This document shows positions 1 through 9,833 of a stretch of 64,000 bases of DNA, piece after piece. Position 1 is the stretch's first letter. Each line of letters starts with the position of its first letter. Origin of the DNA: Candidatus Eiseniibacteriota bacterium. GTDB lineage: Bacteria > Eisenbacteria > RBG-16-71-46 > CAIMUX01 > VGJL01. The translations under genes and the position numbers were made by a program. The stretch covers positions 1,312,001 through 1,376,000 of the forward strand of contig CAWBWI010000001.1 in the NCBI GenBank assembly GCA_963792585.1, in the 5' to 3' direction. The notes below the pieces were generated by a model. It had not been told where the DNA came from, ran no database searches, and worked only from the letters and a program-made list of their open reading frames with translations.

Positions 1-59
1 CGCGCGGTTCTTCGTCAATCCGAATCGGCCGACCCGACACAAGGAGGTTGAGGACAGCG

Positions 60-734
60 ATGAACCGGGATTGCCCCGCGATCGAGAGCTTCGAGGAATT
101 GCTCTCCTTGGAACCGGAGGATCCGCGACGGCTCCACCTGGACCACTGCCCGCGTTGCCATGCGCGCGTCACCGCATTCACGGCGTTCATGGACGTCCAT
201 CCACTCCCGGCAGGGGTCCGGATGGATGAGGCGCGCCGGCGCCTCTCCGACGCGATCCAGCGGGAGAGCGAGACTCGATCGGGCGGCACGCGCTCGTTTC
301 CCTCCCCGTTTTCCTGGTTTCGGTTCGGCCGCCTCGTCTGGAAGCCGGCCCTGGGCTTTGCGACCCTCCTCCTTATCGGCGGCCTCTTCCTGCGCGGTGG
401 TGACCGCGGCGTCGACACCCCCCCGGTCCTTAGGGACGCAGGGCCCCCGCAGGCCACGGGCGCTCCCCTCGTGAGCGACCGGGCGGCGGGCGGGGCGATC
501 CGGTTGCGTTGGCGCTCGATCCCGGCCTCGGAGGCCTACCGGGTCCTCATCTACGGCACCGACTTGATCGAGCTGTCTCGGCTCGAAGCCGGCCGGGATA
601 CGACCATCGTACTTTCACCGGGAGTGCTTGCACGGCTCGGCGAATCGGACACTTCGATCATCTGGCGGGTGGCCGCCCTTCGTATGGGTGACGAGATCTC
701 CGTCTCACCGCCCGCAACCCTCCTCTTGCCGTAG
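60..734 (+). CDS. Putative anti-sigma-factor-like membrane protein (zf-HC2-like HxxxCxxC, one TM segment, extracytoplasmic domain)
   Basis: HLDHCPRC near the N-terminus, hydrophobic ALGFATLLLIGGLFL; ATG at 60 after GGAGG. Confidence 0.6.
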   Translation: MNRDCPAIESFEELLSLEPEDPRRLHLDHCPRCHARVTAFTAFMDVHPLPAGVRMDEARRRLSDAIQRESETRSGGTRSFPSPFSWFRFGRLVWKPALGFATLLLIGGLFLRGGDRGVDTPPVLRDAGPPQATGAPLVSDRAAGGAIRLRWRSIPASEAYRVLIYGTDLIELSRLEAGRDTTIVLSPGVLARLGESDTSIIWRVAALRMGDEISVSPPATLLLP

Positions 735-892
735 ATCCCAACCGGGCATCGACGGAATCCTCCGACTACGGCAGCGAATCCGTCTGATTCCGCGCGGCCG
801 GCAATGGTCAAGCAGGCTGGGACGGCCTGACCGAATCCGGCGGGCGCGTGGGCAGGCCTTCGCCGCGGCAAGTCAATCGGGGAACGCTCCGA

Positions 893-1543
893 TCAGGGCT
901 TCTTCTTCAGGCGGTCGCGAAAGTGCTCACGGAACTTCGCGACCTTCGGGGCGATCACGATGCGGCAGTAGGACTGGTTCGCGTTGGCGGCGTAGTACTC
1001 CTGATGGTAGTCCTCGGCCTTGTAGAAGGCCTCGAACGGTGTCAGCTGGGTCACGATCGGATCGTCCCAGATCTTCTGATCCCTGATCTCCTTCATGATC
1101 TGTTCCGCGACGAGCTTCTGGTCGGGCCCGCGGTGGAAGATCGCCGATCGGTATTGCGTCCCCTGATCGGCCCCCTGCCGATTCATGGTCGTCGGGTCGT
1201 GAATCGTGAAGAAGACCCGTAATACATCGGCCAGGGAGATGACGTGCGGATCGAAGGTGAGCTGCACGACCTCGGCATGACCGGTCTCCCCACCGCAGAC
1301 CTCTTTGTAGCTGGGATCGGGGACGAATCCCCCGGAGTAGCCGGACTCGACGCTTTCCACTCCCTCCAGCTCATCGAAGACCGCCTCGAGGCACCAGAAA
1401 CAGCCACCTCCCAGCGTGATCATCTCTCGCTTCGGGCTCGGTGGAACCGCGTTCATCTCAGCTTCCCCCATCGTCTTTCCCGGCGCGCCGACGACGGCGG
1501 CGATGGCCCCGGCGACGACGAGCGCCCTCATTCGCATCTTCAT
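893..1543 (-). CDS. msrA: Peptide-methionine (S)-S-oxide reductase with signal peptide
   Basis: GGGCFWC, GETGHAEVV, QYRSAIF, AEDYHQ motifs; start set at MKMRMRALVV. Confidence 0.95.
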   Translation of the reverse strand: MKMRMRALVVAGAIAAVVGAPGKTMGEAEMNAVPPSPKREMITLGGGCFWCLEAVFDELEGVESVESGYSGGFVPDPSYKEVCGGETGHAEVVQLTFDPHVISLADVLRVFFTIHDPTTMNRQGADQGTQYRSAIFHRGPDQKLVAEQIMKEIRDQKIWDDPIVTQLTPFEAFYKAEDYHQEYYAANANQSYCRIVIAPKVAKFREHFRDRLKKKP

Positions 1544-1767
1544 GTTGGAACTCGCTCCTGTTCGTGGCCGGGGCGTCGCGGGAGAGCGGATGCGCTTCCA
1601 GTCCGAACCACTCAGTCTACCCGATCGGTTGTGGTCAACGGACTGGTGTTTGTATGATGGTTGGTCCGGCACCGGAGGGGATGCACGGGTCCACCGCCCC
1701 CGTGGGCATTCTGGCTGCCGTCGCACGGATATGGTGCTTTCCCCGCGAAGGGGGAGCGGAGGAGATC

Positions 1768-2562
1768 TTGACCGAGAAGACCGCGCCCTCCGGCCTCGTA
1801 CAACTCGAACGCTATCTCCACGACGAACGCTCGGTCATTCTCACGGCCGGTGACTTCTCGGAGACATTCGACGCATGGCTACGCCACTGCCAGCTCTGGC
1901 AGAGCGAGCCCGACGGGCTCGCCAGCGTCCTCATGCGGCAGGGGTTGGCGGCGGCAGCCCTTCACCTGGCCAACCGTCCAAACGACGAGATCGTAGGTTG
2001 GACGCTGAACCTGCAAAGGCCTCCAACGAACGTCTTCCTGACCGGCGACGTGCGCAAGGCGACCGTCACCGGTCGCGTCTATACCGAGGGGGTCAGAACG
2101 GCCGACCACAGCCGTCTATTCGTGCAAACCTCGCGTTCCTCTCAGCCGGAGCCGTTCCAGAGCGCCATCGACGTCTCGGGCTTCGACCTGCTGGAGATCT
2201 TCGAGCAGTACTACGACCGATCGGAACAGAATCCGGCTAGGTTCTTCGAGCTGGAGGACAACCGCTTCGCGATGGTGCTCGGTCTTCCAGGCGTCGACCG
2301 GGCCTGGATCCAGGGCCTACAGCCCAGATCCTTCGCGGAGATCCTGGTCGCCGCGCGTTCGATCGATGGCCGTGCGTTTCGATTCGAGTGCGGCTGCAGC
2401 CCCGCGAAGATGCTCCGGGCGCTCCGATCCATCTTCCTGGAGGATCCCGAGGACCTCTTCCAGGGCGAGGATCGAGTAGAAACCTCGTGCCCCCGGTGCG
2501 GCCGCCGCTGGTGGGTCACGCGGGAGCAGTTCCACGCCTCCGGCGACGGGCAGGTCGGCTAA
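1768..2562 (+). CDS. hslO: Hsp33 family redox-regulated chaperone
   Basis: YYDRSEQ and C-terminal Zn motifs CGCS...CPRC; TTG start after GGAGG. Confidence 0.75.
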   Translation: MTEKTAPSGLVQLERYLHDERSVILTAGDFSETFDAWLRHCQLWQSEPDGLASVLMRQGLAAAALHLANRPNDEIVGWTLNLQRPPTNVFLTGDVRKATVTGRVYTEGVRTADHSRLFVQTSRSSQPEPFQSAIDVSGFDLLEIFEQYYDRSEQNPARFFELEDNRFAMVLGLPGVDRAWIQGLQPRSFAEILVAARSIDGRAFRFECGCSPAKMLRALRSIFLEDPEDLFQGEDRVETSCPRCGRRWWVTREQFHASGDGQVG

Positions 2563-2672
2563 ACCCAAGGCCCGCCCTCCCGCGAAGTTGGACCCGCTCC
2601 CCGTTTTCTCATGAACGCCCCCGGTTCCCCTTCCGTCTTAGGCCTGAGGGCGCAGCCGAAAGGAGGCCTCCA

Positions 2673-3443
2673 ATGGCAAGAAGTGGTAGCCCCACGCGAA
2701 ATCGTTTCCTGGTCGTCATCGGTGCGTTGGCCTCGCTCGTCGGCGGGGCGACGCTCGTGATTCCGACTCCCACCCTGGCGGACGAACCGCAGTCGAAGCT
2801 GGAACGGCAGATCAACGTCACACAAAGGCTGCTCGACGAGATGCTCGTGGACAGCCCCAACTTTCTCGTCTCGGGACATGAGGTGACGGAAGGCGTCGAG
2901 ATCGAGGACTATGGCGCATTCTTCACCTTCCGGGCTTCCCTCACCGGTTGGGGCTGGGAGCCGGGTCGCTTCGGACGCTCGCTCGACTTCTGGCCCTTCA
3001 ACGGCGGCAAGCGGAACGTTGTCGTCATCAAGGGCGACAAGGACAAGGGCGGCGAGAAGGAGATCTCGATTGGCGACGGCAGCATCGTCATCAAGGACGG
3101 CGAGGTCTACATGAAAGAGGGTGGCAAGACCCGCAAGCTGTCGGGGAAAGACGGCGCCGACGTCGTCGACGAGAAGCAGTACCGCGCCGACCAATTGAAG
3201 AAGTACGAGGCGGCGAAGGAAGAACTGATTCGGTTCATGCTGGATTACGGAGAGACTCTGAAAGCGTTGCCGGCCGGTCAGTCGGTCCGCATCGTGGCCC
3301 GGATGACCGATCTCGACCTTCCCGAAGGGCACGAGGTCCGCTCGTTGACCCTGAAGGCGTCGATCGACGATTTGCGCGCATACGGCGATGGGCGGTTGGG
3401 CGAGAGCGCCGCGCGGGCCAAGATCACCGTCAAGGAATCGTAG
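2673..3443 (+). CDS. Secreted hypothetical protein
   Basis: AGGAGG RBS, signal-peptide-like N-terminus, natural-looking composition. Confidence 0.7.
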   Translation: MARSGSPTRNRFLVVIGALASLVGGATLVIPTPTLADEPQSKLERQINVTQRLLDEMLVDSPNFLVSGHEVTEGVEIEDYGAFFTFRASLTGWGWEPGRFGRSLDFWPFNGGKRNVVVIKGDKDKGGEKEISIGDGSIVIKDGEVYMKEGGKTRKLSGKDGADVVDEKQYRADQLKKYEAAKEELIRFMLDYGETLKALPAGQSVRIVARMTDLDLPEGHEVRSLTLKASIDDLRAYGDGRLGESAARAKITVKES

Positions 3444-3479
3444 GGATCACAGCCAAGCGCTTCTTCCGATTCCGACAGG

Positions 3480-3518
3480 CAGCCCCCGCTCGCCACCTAC
3501 GGTCGCGGACGGGGGCTG
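3480..3518. terminator. Hairpin between convergent genes, possible bidirectional terminator
   Basis: CAGCCCCCG (3480-3488) and CGGGGGCTG (3510-3518) inverted repeat. Confidence 0.4.
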
Positions 3519-3578
3519 TGCCGTCCCCGAAACTGGAAATTCGCGTTGCGTGGCGCGCGGGCGCCGGCAGCCCACGAA

Positions 3579-4121
3579 TCACCCCGGAAGATCGTCCCCC
3601 GCCCTCAGGATGTCTCGAAATGCGGACTCGGGACCGTCGGAATCGATGGGCCGACCCTCACGACGTCTCTTGCGGAAGAACTCCTTCAGCAGACCGGCCG
3701 ACTCCGACTCGAGAATGCCGCCCACCACGCGTACGCGATGGTTGAGTCCGCCGAGCTCCGGAATGTCCACGACCGAGCCACACGCCCCGAACTTCGGCTC
3801 GCGGGGCCCGAAGAAGACCGTCTCGATCCGGGCAAGGTGGATTGCGCCGATGCACATCACGCAGGGCTCGACCGTCACATATGCATGGGCGCCCGGCAGG
3901 CGCCAGCTGCCGAGGGTTGCCGACGCCGCGGTCAGTGCGAGGATTTCCGCGTGTGCGGTCGGGTCCTGGAGCGACTCCACGCGGTTGTGTCCCCGGCCGA
4001 TCACCCGCCCTTCATGGACGATGACGCAGCCGACCGGGACTTCTCCCTCGGACGCCGCCTCCTCCGCCTCCCGGAGCGCTTGGCGCATCCAACGCTCGGT
4101 CTCGGAGGCGAAGTCCATCAT
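3579..4121 (-). CDS. tadA: tRNA adenosine(34) deaminase
   Basis: EVPVG, PTAHAE, EPCVMC, PKFGACGS motifs. Confidence 0.9.
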   Translation of the reverse strand: MMDFASETERWMRQALREAEEAASEGEVPVGCVIVHEGRVIGRGHNRVESLQDPTAHAEILALTAASATLGSWRLPGAHAYVTVEPCVMCIGAIHLARIETVFFGPREPKFGACGSVVDIPELGGLNHRVRVVGGILESESAGLLKEFFRKRRREGRPIDSDGPESAFRDILRAGDDLPG

Positions 4122-4870
4122 TTGGGCCCGCCGTTCGTCGGCCCCGCGCCCGGCTTGTCGGGCAGGCTCTCGATCAGGGTCCTCACCACGCTCTCGGCGA
4201 CCTGCTGGGGATCGGGCGGAGCCGGCGCGAGTTTGTCGGCGCGCTCGGTTCGCTCGACGCCATCGGACCGGTAGACGCCCGAACCGGCCCCATCCCCGTG
4301 CCGATAGTGCGGCGACTCGCGCCGCTCCATCTTGTCACCCTTCCAGGCGAGCGTGCCGTTATTCCCCTCGTAGATCAGGAGCGAGACGCCGATCTCGGTA
4401 AACGAGTTCCCCTCGCTCTGCCAATCGACCTGCTCCATCCGCCACTGAGTCAGTTCCCCGACGATGATCCCGTCGATTCCGATCTTCCTGGTCAATCCCT
4501 TCAGGACGATCGGATCCACCGTGTGCTTGTCCCGCCACAGGCGGACCACCTTGTCGAGTTCTCCTTCCACCCCCTCTTTGCGGGCGCGCGAGCGACACCC
4601 CGGTTCGTCGACGATGAGGAACTTCTGCTGTCCGCCCATGATGTAGGACTTCAGAAGCTCCTCGGTGGTCGGCACCCCGACGGGATCGGGGACGAGGCTC
4701 GCCACGCCCAGGTAGCCGATCGTCTCGAGCTTGAGCGTGGCGTACTCCGGTGCGTGGAAGATCGCATCGGGTTCGGCGGTCATTTGGTTGCCGGTCGTCG
4801 TCGCCTTGCAGCCGCCCATCAGGGCGAGCAGGGCAAGCGGAAGCAGAACGGCTTTCGACAGGGACTTCAT
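4118..4870 (-). CDS. Lipoprotein, hypothetical
   Basis: Lipobox-like ALMGGC; stop overlaps the tadA start. Confidence 0.7.
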   Translation of the reverse strand: MKSLSKAVLLPLALLALMGGCKATTTGNQMTAEPDAIFHAPEYATLKLETIGYLGVASLVPDPVGVPTTEELLKSYIMGGQQKFLIVDEPGCRSRARKEGVEGELDKVVRLWRDKHTVDPIVLKGLTRKIGIDGIIVGELTQWRMEQVDWQSEGNSFTEIGVSLLIYEGNNGTLAWKGDKMERRESPHYRHGDGAGSGVYRSDGVERTERADKLAPAPPDPQQVAESVVRTLIESLPDKPGAGPTNGGPK

Positions 4871-4923
4871 CCTCGCGCCTCCTGACGTGGAGCCTTCACG
4901 GGTGGGATTTCGATGGGGGGACC

Positions 4924-4967
4924 TTGCGCCCAGGAGGATTTGAACCCCCAACCTTCTGATCCGTAGT
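4924..4967. repeat. att core, left copy (displaced 3' half of tRNA-Arg)
   Basis: TTGCGCCCAGGAGGATTTGAACCCCCAACCTTCTGATCCGTAGT identical to 40725-40768. Confidence 0.95.
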
Positions 4968-4976
4968 GAGAAAAGA

Positions 4977-5184
4977 CGCTACCCTACGGAGTCTCCTGGA
5001 ATCTCGACTACCCATCGCAACCTTTCTATTGACCCTGTGTTCACTGGGTCCGAAGCTACCATGCGAAGTCAGGAGGTTTCGGGGGCTGCCAGCATCGAAA
5101 TGCTACCCAGGCGCTACCCAGCGAACCCTCTGACCCAGTCAGGCAGGCGAACCCCGAAACCCGCTACCCAAGATACTGGGTAGC
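4977..5184. repeat. (C)GCTACCC repeats, candidate integrase arm-type sites
   Basis: Copies at 4977, 5102, 5112 and 5162, an inverted copy at 5177, and a matching tandem pair at 40679 and 40691. Confidence 0.65.
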
Positions 5185-5290
5185 ACCGGGGGAGGGAAAG
5201 CGATGTTCAAAGGGAATCGGTGGGCAGCTACAAGGGGTAGTGAACCGACCGCTCCCAGGCAACAAGCCCTGTTGAGGAGGACCGATCGCC

Positions 5291-5653
5291 ATGGCTGAGA
5301 TCATTGACTTCCGCACCGCCGTAGACAAGCTCCATAGCCCAAAGCAAGCGGCACGCCAAAGCGAGCCCGCTAACCCGGGAGCCATATACGTTCCCAAACG
5401 CCCCAATCCCGACACCCCGCGCACGAGGGTAATTCCCGAGGGGCTCATGCGGCACTGGTATATCTGGTGCTTGGCGCATGAGCTGACCGGTGGAGTCGCC
5501 GCAATCGGCAAACAGAGGGTGGGTTATTGCGACACCTCTCGGTGGTTCTGCGAGAGCCTTCAGGACGTGATGCATAAGTTCCCCCCCACGGAGGAGCAGA
5601 AGGATCGGTTCCGCGGATGGTTCAACAGCCCGTTCGTGGAGCCGTCAAAGTGA
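5291..5653 (+). CDS. Hypothetical protein coupled to the integrase
   Basis: GAGGAGG RBS; TGA overlaps the integrase GTG (GTGA). Confidence 0.6.
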   Translation: MAEIIDFRTAVDKLHSPKQAARQSEPANPGAIYVPKRPNPDTPRTRVIPEGLMRHWYIWCLAHELTGGVAAIGKQRVGYCDTSRWFCESLQDVMHKFPPTEEQKDRFRGWFNSPFVEPSK

Positions 5654-6909
5654 AGTTCACCGACCGGCAGGTACTGAACCTGAAATGCCGACCGGAGCGG
5701 TACGAGGTGTGGGAGGCGCGGGGGCTTGGTCTCCGAGTCTCCCCCACCGGCCGCAAGACCTGGATTTTCCTCTACCGATTCCACGGCCGACCCCGCCGCA
5801 TGACCCTCGGCCACTATCCCGATCTATCGGTCGCCGAAGCGCACAAGAAGCACGCGGCCCACCTGGTCGATGTCGAGAAGGGCATCGACCCGGGCGCCGT
5901 CGCTATCGAGACGAAGCGGGAACTCAGGAAAGCCGAGACCATCAAGGACCTGGTCGAGGACTACATCAAGCTCTATGCGAAGCCGAACAAGAGGAGCTGG
6001 CGGGACGACGAATGGATGCTCGAGCGGGAGGTTGTCCCTCTGTGGGGCAATCGCAAGGCGCGAGAAATCACCAGGCGCGACGTGGTCCGGCTGCTCGATG
6101 CGATCGTCGACGGATCCCGGAAGGTCACGGCCCCGACAACTGCGCGCAAGCATAGCCCACGCAAGAAACGAGCCCCGCGGCCGGCCCCGTACCTCGCGAA
6201 TCGGGTCTTCGCCTGTGTGCGTAAGATGTTCGCTTGGGCAGTCTCCAGGGACATGCTCCCCACCTCCCCATGCCTCTACGTCCCCCGGCCGGCGCCGGAA
6301 CGAACCCGAGACCGCGTCCTGACCGAGGAGGAGCTCACGAAGCTCTGGCGAGCCCTCCAAGCCGCTCCCGCAACGGATCGGGTCCACTACGTCGTCCAGC
6401 TCGTCTTGTGCACAGGACAGAGGCCCGGAGAGGTTCTCGGCGCCCGATGGGAGGAGATCGACCAAGAGGCAGGATGGTGGACGATACCCGCGGAGCGAAG
6501 CAAGAACGGCAAGGTTCATCGCGTACCGATCACGCCCCTCGTTGACGAGTTGCTGGAGGCGGCCCGCGCTCTCGACCCTGATAGTCCCTGGGTCGTCCCA
6601 TCGACGCGGGTGGCGAAGAAGAAGTATCCACTCCAGGAGAGTTCCCCCCGCAGGTGGATCGAATGCTTCCGGGCGGCTACGGGCGTCGAGAAGTTTCGGC
6701 CGCATGACCTCAGGAGAACGGCAGCCACGGGCATGACGGAGCTCGGGGTCCCCCGCTTCATCGTGGGCCGGCTCCTCAACCACTCAGAGGGTGGGGACGT
6801 CACTGCGATCTATGACAGAAACCAGTATGACAAGGAGAAGCGGGAAGCCCTCGAGCGATGGTGCGACCGGCTCGGCAATCTGTCGGTCTTTGCGGGGAAT
6901 GCCAAATGA
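5650..6909 (+). CDS. Tyrosine recombinase/integrase (P4-like, with arm-binding domain)
   Basis: GLGLRVSPTGRKTW arm domain; catalytic TGQR, SKNG, HDLRR, LNH, Y residues. Confidence 0.95.
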   Translation: MKFTDRQVLNLKCRPERYEVWEARGLGLRVSPTGRKTWIFLYRFHGRPRRMTLGHYPDLSVAEAHKKHAAHLVDVEKGIDPGAVAIETKRELRKAETIKDLVEDYIKLYAKPNKRSWRDDEWMLEREVVPLWGNRKAREITRRDVVRLLDAIVDGSRKVTAPTTARKHSPRKKRAPRPAPYLANRVFACVRKMFAWAVSRDMLPTSPCLYVPRPAPERTRDRVLTEEELTKLWRALQAAPATDRVHYVVQLVLCTGQRPGEVLGARWEEIDQEAGWWTIPAERSKNGKVHRVPITPLVDELLEAARALDPDSPWVVPSTRVAKKKYPLQESSPRRWIECFRAATGVEKFRPHDLRRTAATGMTELGVPRFIVGRLLNHSEGGDVTAIYDRNQYDKEKREALERWCDRLGNLSVFAGNAK

Positions 6910-7433
6910 AGAGGAAGAACCCAGCGGAGGGCCCCGGGAAGCCGAAAAGGCAGCGGGAGGTCACTCCCGGAACGCGCGAGACGGAAGGGTTCATGAGCGA
7001 GAAAGCTATCTTTGAGCTACAGATGGCTCGAGGACTCTACATGGGTGGAAGTCGGATCGAGATTCTCAGGGCTGCGGTGGTGGCGCTTGCCGAGATCGGG
7101 TATGGCGATCTCGCAGGGGAACTCCTCGATATCTACGAGCGCTGGAAGGGCGGCAAAGTGCTGTGCCTAGGAGAAGCGTTTGGGATTCCGCATAGACGCA
7201 AGCCGCCGGCAGCGCAGTTCCAGATCGTCCGCTACAAGGGTGTGAGATGCACTCGAGGTGATGCAATCTTCCATCAGGTCGTGAAGTTGCGACGCGCAGG
7301 CACGACGCGCGAAGTCGCGTTCGAGAAGGTCGCCGAGTGCCACAAGCTCAGCGACAGCAAGGTCCAGAAGATCTACGACGCGACGAGGAAGCTGCTGCGC
7401 GAAGGGCTCCGTCGCGACCCGGAGAAGCTGTAG
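6906..7433 (+). CDS. Hypothetical protein, possible C-terminal HTH regulator
   Basis: ATGA overlap with the integrase (alternative start 6993); REVAFEKVAECHKLSDSKVQKIY is HTH-like. Confidence 0.55.
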   Translation: MKRKNPAEGPGKPKRQREVTPGTRETEGFMSEKAIFELQMARGLYMGGSRIEILRAAVVALAEIGYGDLAGELLDIYERWKGGKVLCLGEAFGIPHRRKPPAAQFQIVRYKGVRCTRGDAIFHQVVKLRRAGTTREVAFEKVAECHKLSDSKVQKIYDATRKLLREGLRRDPEKL

Positions 7434-7544
7434 ATCCGCACCTAAGAACACACACGATAACCCCCTCTTACGTGTTCGGTGGATCTCCGTCTAGTTCCGT
7501 AGCCTCCCCCTTGGAGTCACGCATAGCTCCAAGGAGGGATTGAA

Positions 7545-7742
7545 ATGACACGGTTCATCAGGATGCCCCAGGTCCTCGAAGTCACCGGCGCATCTGAAAG
7601 CACGATCTATCGCTGGGAAGCCGAGGGCAGCTTCCCCAAGCGGGTGAAGCTCGGGAAGCGCGCAATCGGTTGGGATGCGCGCGAAGTCGAGCGGTGGGCG
7701 GAAGATCGCGCGAAGAGCTCGTCCGATGCCTCCCGCGGATAG
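7545..7742 (+). CDS. AlpA-family regulator/excisionase
   Basis: FIRMPQVLEVTGASESTIYRW...FPKRVKLG..AIGW, typical AlpA pattern. Confidence 0.9.
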   Translation: MTRFIRMPQVLEVTGASESTIYRWEAEGSFPKRVKLGKRAIGWDAREVERWAEDRAKSSSDASRG

Positions 7743-7938
7743 CGCAGCCGACCTCAACTTGCTCTGTCTCCCGCGCCACGAGGCGAGCTTTGGGACCGTT
7801 CAGGTTGGTTACCCGGCCGGGATCCGGCTCGCGGAAGCGATCGTGGGTCGCGAGACGGGCGTCAAGCTGCTCCCTGGAGAGACGGAACTCGCGGTCATGC
7901 GCAGCGGATGGTTGCAGCTCTCGGCGGTGGAGAGATGA
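7726..7938 (+). CDS. Small hypothetical protein
   Basis: Fills the gap after AlpA; ATGA overlap with the helicase. Confidence 0.45.
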   Translation: MPPADSAADLNLLCLPRHEASFGTVQVGYPAGIRLAEAIVGRETGVKLLPGETELAVMRSGWLQLSAVER

Positions 7939-9455
7939 GCACCGCGGCGGCACCGGCGGCAACAGAGCGCCGCCTTGACGAAGAGGAACTGCTCGGCTCC
8001 ATCTTGTTCGCTCCCGAGCACCTCGAAGCTGTTCGGCACAAGCTGCGACCGTCACACTTCGATGACCCGCACCTAGGCGAGCTCTACGGAGTCATGTTGC
8101 GCATCCCGCACCTCACACCCCAGGGCATCCTCGAGAGCCTGGGGAAACGCACCGTAGCCCCTCCTCCGGGGCTTTCATGGCTTGTCTACCTCTCTACCCT
8201 CGAAGATGCGGGAATGGTGCTCTCGGGGGCTTCGATCGTGGCTCATTCGAAGGCGATCATTGCTCGAGCGCTGGATCGGCGCAGGCGGGAAGTCCTACTC
8301 CGTGCCGGGAGCATCGGAGCGAACGGAGACGACCTCGCCGCGGGTGCGGCATTCATTCGCCGGGACCTTGAGGACATCGAAAGGGAGGCGGGGCCAGTGC
8401 TCGCCGCATCTATCCTCCAAGCCAGCCGAAGCTACGCGGAGACAGTCACGGACCCGACGCCGAGACCGACAAGCCTCTTGGGTGACGGACTCTTCTGTGC
8501 GCGCTGCATCGGAGAGATTCACGGGCCCGATGGATCCCGCAAGAGTCAAGGCGCTTTGCAGCTACTACTCTCAGCCTCCATCGGGCGCCCGTTCGCCGGG
8601 ATCGCCACCATCCCCACCGGGATTCGCTGCGGCTATGTCTCTATCGAAGATGAGATCGACGTGGTACGCGAGCGGCTCCAGACGCTTGCCCTCGGAATGG
8701 GGTTGACCGAGGCGGAGGAAGCCCTCGCAACCGAGAACCTGCATATCCTGGCAAGCCCCTACCTGCCCGACGATCCAGAATTCGACGTCACGGAGGATAC
8801 ATCCCAGGAAGCGCTCGAGCAGTGGATTCGAGCACACGAGCTGCGCCTGGTCGTGATCGACCACCTCGAGGCGGCTGCGCCGTCCCTGGAGTCGGAAAAC
8901 GACCTGCGCCCCGTCTCGAGGCCGAGCATCAGGATCGCACGCCGGACGGGCTGCGGGATCCTATGGGCTCACCATGATCGAAAGGCCCAGCAAGGTGTCA
9001 AGGGTCGGGACCGGGGCGCGTCTCGTGGGGACAGCCGCTTCGCCGCGCGTTGCCGATTCCGCATCCACTCCGAGGTGATCGGAGACGAGAACCCCGATGG
9101 GACCAAGATCCGGTGGACGTTCGAGAAGTCCACCCGGGCAGCAACCCCCAGACCTGTCTACTTCATCCACCGCAAGGACCAACCCCTCGAGCAGACGGAT
9201 GCCCCCGAGCGGTCGAGAGAGAAGGCCGCGAGCCGCAAGGCTGCTACACGCGAAATCATCCGGGAAGCAGGGCCCGCAGGTATTTCGCCGGCCGAGTTGC
9301 AAGTGCTCCTCGGTGTGTCTGCAAAGACCGTGGTGGCGTATGTCGCAAGCCTCGGGGACGTGGTAACGACCGGAACAACCACCAACCGAAGATACAAACT
9401 TCGGGGTACGGGAGTTTCGTCCTGCGGATCTCCCGAAGATGGCGCAATCGCATGA
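7935..9455 (+). CDS. Replication helicase: DnaB-like N-terminal domain + AAA_25/RepA-like ATPase + C-terminal wHTH
   Basis: EEELLGSILF..LRPSHF (DnaB-N), Walker A GPDGSRKS, Walker B LVVID, HHDRK, SRGDS. Confidence 0.8.
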   Translation: MSTAAAPAATERRLDEEELLGSILFAPEHLEAVRHKLRPSHFDDPHLGELYGVMLRIPHLTPQGILESLGKRTVAPPPGLSWLVYLSTLEDAGMVLSGASIVAHSKAIIARALDRRRREVLLRAGSIGANGDDLAAGAAFIRRDLEDIEREAGPVLAASILQASRSYAETVTDPTPRPTSLLGDGLFCARCIGEIHGPDGSRKSQGALQLLLSASIGRPFAGIATIPTGIRCGYVSIEDEIDVVRERLQTLALGMGLTEAEEALATENLHILASPYLPDDPEFDVTEDTSQEALEQWIRAHELRLVVIDHLEAAAPSLESENDLRPVSRPSIRIARRTGCGILWAHHDRKAQQGVKGRDRGASRGDSRFAARCRFRIHSEVIGDENPDGTKIRWTFEKSTRAATPRPVYFIHRKDQPLEQTDAPERSREKAASRKAATREIIREAGPAGISPAELQVLLGVSAKTVVAYVASLGDVVTTGTTTNRRYKLRGTGVSSCGSPEDGAIA

Positions 9456-9590
9456 TAAACAAGACGATATGGGAACTCTAGGAGATGGTGTCCTTGGGAG
9501 GTCGCAAAGGGTTTGGGGAACTCCCAACTCCGGGAGTTCACCCTATAGGGTCCCGAAGTTGTTTCTCCCAAAGCTGGAGGGCTCCGCGCC

Positions 9591-9833
9591 GTGCCCGATC
9601 CACCCCATTTCCTGCTCGCGTCCGACCTATCCAGGCGATGGGGCGTGCCCCCCTGGATGATCCACCGATGGCGACGGGCAGGACTGGGCCCGGCGTGGCA
9701 GAGGATCGGCGCGCGCGTTTTCTACCGCCTGCCCGCCGTGGAGGCATGGGAGGCCGGACCAATGCGCGGGATCAGCGTGCGGGCACGTGGGCGGGTGCGG
9801 CAAGCCCTTCAGGAAAGACACGGGTCCTTTTGA
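9591..9833 (+). CDS. Small HTH DNA-binding protein (excisionase-like)
   Basis: DLSRRWGV..MIHRWRRAGLGPAW.RIGARVFY..AVEAWE. Confidence 0.75.
   Translation: MPDPPHFLLASDLSRRWGVPPWMIHRWRRAGLGPAWQRIGARVFYRLPAVEAWEAGPMRGISVRARGRVRQALQERHGSF

Noticed and set aside
1..51. 3' end of an ECF sigma factor gene
   Set aside because: Plausible from context, but only 16 codons are visible.
4924..4980. Second tRNA-Arg gene
   Set aside because: Only the 3' half is present and the anticodon stem is disrupted; it is the att duplication.
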